NCBI GenBank assembly: GCA_964620905.1
Contig: CAZUKA010000001.1
Span: forward strand, 519,646-583,645
Source: an uncultured Gammaproteobacteria bacterium
Lineage (GTDB): Bacteria > Patescibacteriota > Patescibacteriia > S139-126
Reading direction: 5' to 3'
DNA: 64,000 bases
In this document: positions 1 through 7,961 of the stretch, piece by piece
Position numbering within the stretch: position 1 is the stretch's first letter
Layout: the number at the start of each line of letters is the position of its first letter
Notes under the pieces: model-generated
Database searches by the model: none
Seen by the model: the letters and a program-made list of their open reading frames with translations, nothing else
Told to the model about the DNA's origin: nothing
Translations under genes and position numbers: made by a program

Positions 1-7
1 CAATCGC

Positions 8-205
8 ATGAGTAGCGGAATTGCTTTGGATGCTATGTGGGCAGCAGTAGTATTGATAATTTTTATCTTTATTGAAATTAAAAATATCAGAGTTAAACAT
101 TTTTGGGTACCGATTGTGGGTATTTTTTTAATTGGTTTGTCTTTTGCTTTTCCTTTTTATCTATATTTACGAGCCTTAGCAAAAGAAAAAAACCTCGCTA
201 GTTAG
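8..205 (+). CDS. Small hydrophobic membrane protein, hypothetical.
   Basis: 65 aa ORF that is mostly transmembrane residues. Its stop codon lies inside a terminator hairpin. No recognisable motif. Confidence 0.35.
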   Translation: MSSGIALDAMWAAVVLIIFIFIEIKNIRVKHFWVPIVGIFLIGLSFAFPFYLYLRALAKEKNLAS

Positions 206-216
206 CGAGGTTTTAA
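185..216. terminator. Bidirectional rho-independent terminator.
   Basis: Perfect 8-bp stem cctcgcta/tagcgagg with a 2-nt loop. An A-run precedes it and TTTT follows. It lies between convergent genes. Confidence 0.6.
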
Positions 217-218
217 AT

Positions 219-1145
219 TTATTCAACTTGAGCACAATCTGCTTGAAAATCTTCCGGAAAATTGTATTCAATCAATAAATCACAAGGGATAATACCATTG
301 CCATCAAAAACCAACTGCCACTCATCATCAACTAGGGCTGCAAAAAATATTCCGCCCTCGCCAGGTTCATCTGCTATACCAAACTTTACACTTCCTCGCA
401 TATGAGTGGGTGTGCTGGTGGTAATATTGATACTTATTTCATCCAAATTCCGCTCATACTTCTGAGCAAATTTTTCCTTGATTGCTTGATTGATGGCTAA
501 ATTGTCAGTTAAGTTGGGATTAAAATAACCACAAGAAAGCTCAATATTCAAATCATCACCCACTGGTTGTAATGAACCGTCAGCTTTTTCTTCAAGTTCT
601 GCGTGACGAAAATCATAAAGACATACCATATAATTGAAATAATATCCTCGCTGCCCGCCTTCGAAACCATCAGCTAAATTGTAGGAGTCACCCGGTGATA
701 AATTATTCAAAAAATTTTCTACTGCCAAAACACCATTCATGGTCAAATTTTCTGCCTGGTAAGATAATCCATCGATACTGACATCCACTTGGCTCTGTTC
801 ATCACCAACTATCCAGTTGAAAGATTTATTTACAGGCCCACTAAACACAATGCCCATATTTTGATTTATCACTCGCACTAAATTGGACACCACATCAGGA
901 CAAAATTCTTCAAAAAGACGTTGACATTTTTGACTTGATTCACACCAGCTATAACCAGCCGAGTTTAAACAGCCATACTCATCACGGTCAGCTCCTAGTA
1001 GCGGCACTGTTTGATCAGAAGAAGTTTCTGCCGGAGGGGGTAATTGTTTTTGATCCCAAATACGCAAAGCCCAAATGCCACCACCAACTATCAACATAGC
1101 CAGCAATATTATCATAATAATAGGAAATATCTTATAACGATTCAT
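219..1145 (-). CDS. Membrane-anchored secreted protein, hypothetical.
   Basis: 308 aa. N-terminal transmembrane anchor followed by a hydrophilic domain with several Cys. No recognised catalytic motif. Confidence 0.55.
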   Translation of the reverse strand: MNRYKIFPIIMIILLAMLIVGGGIWALRIWDQKQLPPPAETSSDQTVPLLGADRDEYGCLNSAGYSWCESSQKCQRLFEEFCPDVVSNLVRVINQNMGIVFSGPVNKSFNWIVGDEQSQVDVSIDGLSYQAENLTMNGVLAVENFLNNLSPGDSYNLADGFEGGQRGYYFNYMVCLYDFRHAELEEKADGSLQPVGDDLNIELSCGYFNPNLTDNLAINQAIKEKFAQKYERNLDEISINITTSTPTHMRGSVKFGIADEPGEGGIFFAALVDDEWQLVFDGNGIIPCDLLIEYNFPEDFQADCAQVE

Positions 1146-1190
1146 AATATATAAATGAATGATTAGTATCAGTATTTATTATAACTCAAT

Positions 1191-2384
1191 TCAACCAAAC
1201 ATCAACGCTGCGGGTTTAAATATTAAAAGTAATCCAATTATCAACATCAGTATTCCTCCAATTAAATGCGAATAGCGGGAATATTTACTAGTTAAACCAG
1301 TAATTTGTAAAGTGGTCATCGCAATAAAAAAAACCAACAAATCATCTAGCATAAATACAAAAATATAAAGCAAAATATATAAATAATACTGCCACTGGTC
1401 CAAATTGTTTAGAGCAAGTACTTGCGTATAAACAGCAGGTAGTCCGGCTGAACAAATAAGCTCCACTAAATTGACAGCCATTGCCAGTAGGATTATCCCG
1501 CCCAAGGCCAAATAAAAACTGTTTTGCTGGGTTATTTCTTTTAATCGGCCAAAAATTTGTTGTCTCTTTGTAGAACCGGTTACCTTACATGCACCGGTTG
1601 GATTGGTAAAATATTCTTTCAAGTTATAACCACCACCAAACAAAGCCAAAAGTCCTATCAATACCCTCACCCAAACGATAAATCCAAGAAAAATTATTAA
1701 ATTGAGCCAAGCGGCCATAAACAAAAAATAAACCAGGGCTGAAGCTACAATAAATGCACTACCCAAAATCCACATCCGTTTTTTGTCTTTCATCCCCAAA
1801 AGTAAGCTGATCAAAAACAACAGCACCCACATGGCGCAAGGATTAAAACCATCCAGTGCTCCTAAAATAATAGTGAGTATTGGCAGGGAAAAATTTTTTA
1901 TTTCAATTTCACCTAGCCAGGGTACTTTGATTTTATCAGAATCAACTGATACAGCGACTGAATCTGAAATATCATTTGGCTCTGCTTGGGCAATGCCTAA
2001 AATTTCACCAGTTTTATCCGAACAACCTAGTTGTAAACACGCATCAACCCGGCGCTCAATCTCATCAGGCGTGATAGTTTCACTAAAACCCACCAACGGT
2101 TGATCGCCAATAATAGTAATCGGCACACCTTGAATAGAAAAACCTAAAGACTGACCGATAGCTTGCAGTGATTTTTGATTGTCTTGATTGTAATAGACTT
2201 CATAATCATAAAGTGTCAAGGCCGAATTTTCTTTAACAAATTTCTCCAAAAATGATTTCTCTTTGGCACAATGTGGGCACCCCTGCCCCCAGAAAAAATA
2301 TATATTGGTTGTATTGGCCAAAATTCTAGCTGGAGTCAAAGACAAGAATAAAAATACAAATAAACCAAAAACAAATTTTTTCAT
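1191..2384 (-). CDS. Thiol:disulfide interchange protein. Thioredoxin-like domain (CPHC) fused to a CcdA/DsbD-type membrane domain.
   Basis: Signal peptide. WGQGCPHCAKEK thioredoxin active-site motif. C-terminal multi-transmembrane region with a GFNPCAMW motif typical of the CcdA/DsbD electron-transfer domain. Confidence 0.7.
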   Translation of the reverse strand: MKKFVFGLFVFLFLSLTPARILANTTNIYFFWGQGCPHCAKEKSFLEKFVKENSALTLYDYEVYYNQDNQKSLQAIGQSLGFSIQGVPITIIGDQPLVGFSETITPDEIERRVDACLQLGCSDKTGEILGIAQAEPNDISDSVAVSVDSDKIKVPWLGEIEIKNFSLPILTIILGALDGFNPCAMWVLLFLISLLLGMKDKKRMWILGSAFIVASALVYFLFMAAWLNLIIFLGFIVWVRVLIGLLALFGGGYNLKEYFTNPTGACKVTGSTKRQQIFGRLKEITQQNSFYLALGGIILLAMAVNLVELICSAGLPAVYTQVLALNNLDQWQYYLYILLYIFVFMLDDLLVFFIAMTTLQITGLTSKYSRYSHLIGGILMLIIGLLLIFKPAALMFG

Positions 2385-2419
2385 AAAGATTAATTTAGTA
2401 ATATTTAATTATACAACAA

Positions 2420-2455
2420 AATAAAAGAGTCGTCTTTAACAGACGACTCGAATTT
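2420..2455 (-). terminator. Rho-independent terminator.
   Basis: 9-bp stem gagtcgtct/agacgactc with a 5-nt loop. On the minus strand it is followed by a T-run. Confidence 0.5.
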
Positions 2456-2491
2456 TTACCTCCTTTCTTTTTGAAAGTTGGAAAATATTTT

Positions 2492-3298
2492 TTATTGGAA
2501 ATAGATCCAAAAGTAAATTTTGACTATTTTTTTTGAAGTATCATAACCTGCTCCAATCAAACCCTTAAAGTAAGATGCCATGAAATCTTTAGTTAAGCCA
2601 ACTTCAACTCTTTCAGGATTCTTTTCTCGATAATCATAGATAGAGGCAAAATAAAGATCTACTGGTCCATTGATAGACAAAAAATTTGTCAGAAGCGAAT
2701 CTGATTCAAAAAAAGTCATAAATTTAAAAAAAGAATGACCAACAATTTCCCCGGCTACTCCATGTTGGAACTTATTGTAAAAAGTCCCCAATCTTATTTC
2801 AAAATTTTCATTTTTGAAGCCCATTCCCAAATTGGCTTCGCCCACTTGTTTTTGAGAATAAGTATAACCAATACCAACTGATAAGTTATTTCCATTTAAG
2901 GAAACATCAATACCGGGGACTACACCTGGGATTTTGCCATATGGAAATGGCTCAAAATGCGAGGCAGGACTTATAGGGGTGGGCCTGATCAGAGTAATTT
3001 GTCTCGGAATGAGACCAATTTTTGTTTTTAATCCGCAACTATTATTTTCAAACCAAAAGCTACCAAAGTACTGTTCCGGGTTTGAATACCGCACACGATA
3101 AATAAAAAAATTTTCTGAGCTGATAGAATATTTGGTTTCTAAACCAAACATGTAATCAAAATCATTGATTACATTTATTTTCTCGTCTATATTACCAGTA
3201 TAAAGGATACCGGCATATTTTTTAGTAATTTCCAAATCCTGACCAAAAATTACTACTGGAGAGTAGACAACCAACAACAAGAATAACAGGGATTTCAT
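2492..3298 (-). CDS. Secreted protein with a signal peptide, hypothetical.
   Basis: 268 aa. N-terminal signal peptide MKSLLFLLLVVYSPVVIFGQ. The remainder is beta-rich with Gly and Tyr. Confidence 0.55.
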   Translation of the reverse strand: MKSLLFLLLVVYSPVVIFGQDLEITKKYAGILYTGNIDEKINVINDFDYMFGLETKYSISSENFFIYRVRYSNPEQYFGSFWFENNSCGLKTKIGLIPRQITLIRPTPISPASHFEPFPYGKIPGVVPGIDVSLNGNNLSVGIGYTYSQKQVGEANLGMGFKNENFEIRLGTFYNKFQHGVAGEIVGHSFFKFMTFFESDSLLTNFLSINGPVDLYFASIYDYREKNPERVEVGLTKDFMASYFKGLIGAGYDTSKKIVKIYFWIYFQ

Positions 3299-3372
3299 TT
3301 TTTCTTCCTTTTTTTGATGAATATTTATTTAATTTTCAATGACCAAATTTATAGATAATTTTATCTATAACC

Positions 3373-3410
3373 GATCAGTATAGCACATTTTTTGGATTTT
3401 GTCAATAATA
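3373..3410 (-). promoter_or_regulatory. Sigma-70-type promoter (TTGACA-17-TATACT), read on the minus strand.
   Basis: The minus strand reads attgacaaaatccaaaaaatgtgctatact. A 27-nt core is identical to the element at 7068-7094. Confidence 0.5.
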
Positions 3411-3437
3411 AAAATCGTCACTTAAGACGATTTTAGA
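3411..3437 (-). terminator. Rho-independent terminator.
   Basis: Stem aatcgtc/gacgatt followed by a T-run on the minus strand. It lies downstream of the 3455-4933 gene. Confidence 0.5.
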
Positions 3438-3454
3438 AAATACTACTTCAATTA

Positions 3455-4933
3455 CTATTTTTTCAAAATCCTTACTATTCCTTTATTAGCATCAACCTCT
3501 ACTCTATCACCATCTTTCAATACTTGAGTGGCAATTTTTGTGCCGATAATGCAGGGTTTATTCATTTCCCTAGATACGATTGAGGCGTGAGAAGTTATAC
3601 CTCCCTCGTTGGTTACAAAAGCTAATGCTACTTCCATCAAAGGCACAAAATCAACAGAAGTCATAGGCGCCACCAAAATATCTCCTTGTTTGAATTTACT
3701 AAAATCTTTTTTATTTATTATTACTTTTACACTACCTAAAACTTTACCTGGGTTGGCAATCGTACCTTGTAGAAACCTAGTTGATTTAACTTTATTTTTT
3801 TTAATATATAATTTATTAATTTCTCTAATAAACGGTTTTAATTCTGACTCATTTAATAAATGGTATCTTGTGTTATTATTAGCAGCAATAACACCTCGCC
3901 AGATATTGGTTGTATATTCCAATACACTATCATCATTATCATAATAAAGATGACCAATCTCGTCCGGAGTCAGTTTCAACAACAATTTCCAATCTTCTAA
4001 ACCATAATCTTTGGCTATATGATGATATAAATAACGCAAAGACAAACTAGCCCGACTAAAAATATTTTTTCGGTATTCATTTAAATAAGTGCCTATTTGT
4101 AAGGCTTTGGCTTGTATAGATATTTCTTGATTATCTATATCTCTCAATAACCTTTTTCTTTTAATTAATTTCTGTCTATGAGACTTGATTAAATCATCAA
4201 TCTGATGAGCACAATCATGATGTAAAACCTGCTTTAATTGATTTATAATATCTTTTATAAACCAAGGATCTTCATTAAAATTAACTGGAATAACTTGGTA
4301 CATATTTAAATGCTTCCTTATCATTGAATTAAATTTTTTATTATTTTCTAATTGATTTATTTTTAGTCTATTCTGCTGTATATATTTACCTAGTCTTAGA
4401 ATAGATAATTGAGAATTAAATAAAGGTGTGTGTTGGTTTGGGTAAGTTATATTTCCTATCAATAAATCTATTTCACTGATCGATTTTTGTTGGTATAAAT
4501 TCTTTAAATTTTTATAAATTTTTTCATGTATTCGTCTACCTATGGCTGTTGTCAAATATAAACCTGGGGTTAAATGCTTATAAGCTTCCACAAAACTAAA
4601 ATAAGAATCCTTACTAAAATCTTTTTGTAAAACTTTACTAGCTGCCAATAGATTAGCACCATGCTTATAATAAATCTTTATTAATCTATTGATCCATTTT
4701 TGTGAAGAACAATTTTTTTCTATCTGTTTATTGTAATTTTGAGTATCTAAAACATGATCAAATATGCTACCTTCTTTACCTTTTTTATTTATAAAAACTG
4801 TCCTTCTTGCTAATATGTTAAATTTTTTTAAATAAACTTCATCAATATCAGCAACAACATCCAATACAGAATGAAAAAATGAAACATTCCTAGTAACTGA
4901 TATATTCCAATTAGATTTTTTAAATTTGATCAT
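3455..4933 (-). CDS. PEP-utilising-enzyme mobile-domain protein (PpsA-like paralogue). K/N-rich N-terminal region.
   Basis: The C-terminal ~80 aa carry the phosphohistidine swivel-domain signature GGITSHASIVSREMNKPCIIG. The last ~40 aa are nearly identical to the neighbouring paralogue. Confidence 0.65.
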   Translation of the reverse strand: MIKFKKSNWNISVTRNVSFFHSVLDVVADIDEVYLKKFNILARRTVFINKKGKEGSIFDHVLDTQNYNKQIEKNCSSQKWINRLIKIYYKHGANLLAASKVLQKDFSKDSYFSFVEAYKHLTPGLYLTTAIGRRIHEKIYKNLKNLYQQKSISEIDLLIGNITYPNQHTPLFNSQLSILRLGKYIQQNRLKINQLENNKKFNSMIRKHLNMYQVIPVNFNEDPWFIKDIINQLKQVLHHDCAHQIDDLIKSHRQKLIKRKRLLRDIDNQEISIQAKALQIGTYLNEYRKNIFSRASLSLRYLYHHIAKDYGLEDWKLLLKLTPDEIGHLYYDNDDSVLEYTTNIWRGVIAANNNTRYHLLNESELKPFIREINKLYIKKNKVKSTRFLQGTIANPGKVLGSVKVIINKKDFSKFKQGDILVAPMTSVDFVPLMEVALAFVTNEGGITSHASIVSREMNKPCIIGTKIATQVLKDGDRVEVDANKGIVRILKK

Positions 4934-4941
4934 TTATTTTA

Positions 4942-6414
4942 TTATTTCTTTAAAATCCTCACTACTCCTTTATTAGCATCGACTTCCACCAAATCGCCAT
5001 CCTTTAAAACCTGGGTGGCGATTTTTGTCCCAATGATACAGGGTTTTTTCATTTCCCTCGAAACAATGGCTGCGTGACATAATATACCTCCTTCATCGGT
5101 TATAAAACTTGATGCTTTTTCCATAGCTGGAACAAAGTCAGGTGTAGTCATACTGGTTACTAAAATATTTCCTTTTTTTACCTTTTTTAAATCTTTTGTA
5201 GTATTTACAATCCGAGCTATTCCTTTGACTTTTCCTAGATAAGCAGTTGTCCCTATAATAATCTCAGTTTTGTTGATTATTTCTCTTTCTTTAAATTTAT
5301 TTACTGCTAACTGTCCACTATAAATTTTTAGTTTCCCTTTTTTTAATATTAAAACGCTATTTAAAATTCTTTTTTTAATAATATTTTTTGCCTGAAGTAT
5401 TGAAATTTTATTATTTAATAATAAATTAATTTCTATTGGTGTCAGGTATAAAAACTTTTTTGCTTTAATATTAAATTTTTTTTCCAGATCAATAAACAAT
5501 GGCCATACTTTATACAAAGAAATAAACAATACATCTAATCGATAAGTCCTTAAATAAACAAATTCTCTGGTAATTTCAATCAATTTTATTTCAGCACTGT
5601 TTAATTGCAATTTTCTAATTGCTTTTTTATATTTTAATTCTGTTTGCTTTTCAGAGATGATGATGTCATTCTTTTCTTGTTGACCATCTCTTTTTATTTG
5701 TTTAGATAATCTGACAATCAAATCTTTTTGCGACCAAAAATTACCTTTAAAGTTATGGTCGCCAAGCCATGCCCATCTGTTTAAATGGCTGTTTATTAAA
5801 TTTGATAAGTCAGATTTATTTTTACCAAGAATATTGTATAATTTGAATTCTTTTTTAAATTTTTTATTATTTTTAATTTTTTGTGCCAAATTTAAAAATT
5901 CAATTTTTTCTTGTTGAACTGCACTACGTTTTTTTGCAGAGGTAAATAAAAGATAAACTTCTTGATACTTATTATGATTCTTTTTAAAATCAATTTTGGA
6001 TGAAACTATCTCATTGATTTTATTAGTTAAATATTTTTCTATGACTAAAGGCAAGTGTAGGTATGCCATGATTTTGTATAATCCCGACAAATAAATATCT
6101 AACTGTTGACCAATATCTTGGTTAATTAATTTTGTTTTGGAAAAATTGTCACTAAGTAAAATAAAATTATAAATATCCTGATAGCACTTATCAATAATTT
6201 TTTTAAAATAATTTGGATCTTTTTCTAACTTTTTGTTCAACCTTTTTCCCAATAATTCATAGGCATTGGTTATAAAATTGTCTCCATTTACAATTTTATA
6301 ATCAACAATTGTATAATCAATACCTATCTTATTATAAATTCTAGATCCACCCAACAATTTTGTGGCATCCATAAAAATTGAATTATTTCTTGATAATGTT
6401 TTTTGCCATTTCAT
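4942..6414 (-). CDS. PEP-utilising-enzyme mobile-domain protein, tandem paralogue of 3455-4933.
   Basis: C-terminal GGILCHAAIVSREMKKPCIIGTKIATQVLKDGDLVEVDANKGVVRILKK. The N-terminal ~400 aa are lysine-rich and divergent. Confidence 0.65.
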   Translation of the reverse strand: MKWQKTLSRNNSIFMDATKLLGGSRIYNKIGIDYTIVDYKIVNGDNFITNAYELLGKRLNKKLEKDPNYFKKIIDKCYQDIYNFILLSDNFSKTKLINQDIGQQLDIYLSGLYKIMAYLHLPLVIEKYLTNKINEIVSSKIDFKKNHNKYQEVYLLFTSAKKRSAVQQEKIEFLNLAQKIKNNKKFKKEFKLYNILGKNKSDLSNLINSHLNRWAWLGDHNFKGNFWSQKDLIVRLSKQIKRDGQQEKNDIIISEKQTELKYKKAIRKLQLNSAEIKLIEITREFVYLRTYRLDVLFISLYKVWPLFIDLEKKFNIKAKKFLYLTPIEINLLLNNKISILQAKNIIKKRILNSVLILKKGKLKIYSGQLAVNKFKEREIINKTEIIIGTTAYLGKVKGIARIVNTTKDLKKVKKGNILVTSMTTPDFVPAMEKASSFITDEGGILCHAAIVSREMKKPCIIGTKIATQVLKDGDLVEVDANKGVVRILKK

Positions 6415-6450
6415 ATAAAAAATATACTATTTTATTAATAATCTGTCGAA

Positions 6451-6487
6451 TAAAAAAGCCGAACTTATTTGTTCGGCTTAAAAAAAT
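6451..6487. terminator. Bidirectional rho-independent terminator.
   Basis: 9-bp stem aagccgaac/gttcggctt flanked by A- and T-runs. Confidence 0.55.
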
Positions 6488-6500
6488 TAATTAGTTGGTA

Positions 6501-7004
6501 CTAAACAGTACCCTTTTCAGCAACTCCAGTTGCTACGACTTCTTCAATACTGATAATTTCATTTTCTTCAATAATTACTTTGTATACGGCAGCTGATTTG
6601 GCATCAGCAAAGCCTAACATGATCATTGATGGTCTGCCAGCGCAGACAACGAAATTATCAGGTAGCGAAGCTACCAATGTTTTTGCAGCAGAAGAAGTAT
6701 CATCTAAGGAAGTATATTTATCTGGATCAACGGCAATTCCGCTGGTTAAAAGAATAACCTTTTTTTCATCAATTACTTCCAAAGAATTACCATCCCCAAT
6801 AGTACTAGAATAACGAGTTGGCTCAAGTTCAAGTGCCAATGCAACATCAATATGACGTTTCCCGGTACCAGATAAAACTATGGAGGGATTTTTTGGAACT
6901 AAATTTTTTAAAGCATTTACTTCTATAAAACCTTCTGGTGTCATTCCTGGATCAGGAATATTAGAAAGTTTCCTTCCATGAGTAACAATATAACCGGTTT
7001 TCAC
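6501..7004 (-). CDS. Hypothetical protein, possibly a histidine-phosphatase-like fold.
   Basis: 167 aa. N-terminal IVTHGRK resembles an RHG-type motif, but the match is weak. Confidence 0.35.
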   Translation of the reverse strand: MKTGYIVTHGRKLSNIPDPGMTPEGFIEVNALKNLVPKNPSIVLSGTGKRHIDVALALELEPTRYSSTIGDGNSLEVIDEKKVILLTSGIAVDPDKYTSLDDTSSAAKTLVASLPDNFVVCAGRPSMIMLGFADAKSAAVYKVIIEENEIISIEEVVATGVAEKGTV

Positions 7005-7060
7005 TACTAACTCCTATAATTTATTTATGATTATTTATTTAATTGTTCATTTACCAAACA

Positions 7061-7098
7061 TATTATGATAGCACATTTTTTGGATTTTGTCAATCCTT
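7061..7098 (-). promoter_or_regulatory. Sigma-70-type promoter (TTGACA-17-TATCAT), a duplicate of the promoter at 3373-3410.
   Basis: The minus strand reads ggattgacaaaatccaaaaaatgtgctatcat. The 27 nt atagcacattttttggattttgtcaat match 3380-3406 exactly. Confidence 0.5.
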
Positions 7099-7162
7099 TT
7101 GAAAAACAACCAAAATTAAAAAACAACGGATTTTTAGCCGTTGTTTTTACTAAAATATATTA

Positions 7163-7621
7163 TTACTTCTTTACTTTCTTTTTAGCCACTTTTTTAGATT
7201 TGGTCACTGGTAATTCCTTTACTATTTTTTTAACTTTGGGAATAGCAACTATTGGTTGCGGTTGATTGCTTAACTCAACTACTTTAATCAGTCGTTCCAT
7301 TTTCTCATTTAACAACACCAACTGCTTTTTTACTTCATCATTTGACCCACTACTGACAGCTGGTTTATTGGAAAAGCTTTTTTGAGCAAACCTATATCCC
7401 CCGCGATTGTCGCCACCACTTTTTTTACTGGCAAAACAATTATCACAATAAACTGGTTTATCACCACTGGGGCGAAAAGGTACTTGGCATGTTTTACCAC
7501 ATTGATCGCAAACGGCCTGATGCATAGAAACCGGACCACGGTCTCTTCCTCGTCTATCATCACGACCTCTAAAACCTCCTCCGCCAAAACGTTTCCCGCC
7601 ACCTCTTTTAAAATCTCCCAT
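7163..7621 (-). CDS. RGG-rich CxxC-x17-CxxC zinc-ribbon protein with a lysine-rich tail. Putative nucleic-acid binding.
   Basis: N-terminal GGGKRFGGGGFRGRDDRRGRDRG. CDQCGK-x17-CDNC. C-terminal KKVAKKKVKK. Confidence 0.6.
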   Translation of the reverse strand: MGDFKRGGGKRFGGGGFRGRDDRRGRDRGPVSMHQAVCDQCGKTCQVPFRPSGDKPVYCDNCFASKKSGGDNRGGYRFAQKSFSNKPAVSSGSNDEVKKQLVLLNEKMERLIKVVELSNQPQPIVAIPKVKKIVKELPVTKSKKVAKKKVKK

Positions 7622-7885
7622 AAATTAATGTTAATTATTATAGTATATTGAGTATGCGCGTATTTTTTATAAAAAGCAATGATTAATTCTACTACATATG
7701 TTGACGGTTTTATATAAAAATAGTAGCATATTTATATTGTTCATTTATTATATTATTCCGCAGGTTTCTTCAGTCGGTAGAGGTCAGGTTGGACTGGATG
7801 TCCAAACTGACGGCTGTGTCAGCCAGTTGCTCACTGATATGAAGTTGCCTCGCGGTAATTTGTTCTTTGCTTATTTTAATATTAT

Positions 7886-7961
7886 TCCGCGGTAGCTCAG
7901 TCGGTAGAGCAACTGGCTGTTAACCAGTGGGTCGTCGGTTCGAGTCCGACCCGCGGAGCCA
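7886..7961 (+). tRNA. tRNA-Asn (GTT), CCA encoded.
   Basis: 7-bp acceptor tccgcgg/ccgcgga. D-loop agctcagtcggtagagc. Anticodon stem actgg/ccagt with loop ctGTTaa. T-arm ggttcgagtcc. Confidence 0.9.

Noticed and set aside
1783-2103. 106 aa plus-strand ORF inside the thioredoxin-CcdA gene. Similar antisense ORFs occur at 3609-3944, 6580-6813, 37734-38972 and 54132-54719.
   Set aside because: These are antisense shadow ORFs with low-complexity Ser/Pro-rich translations. The opposite-strand genes have strong motif support.
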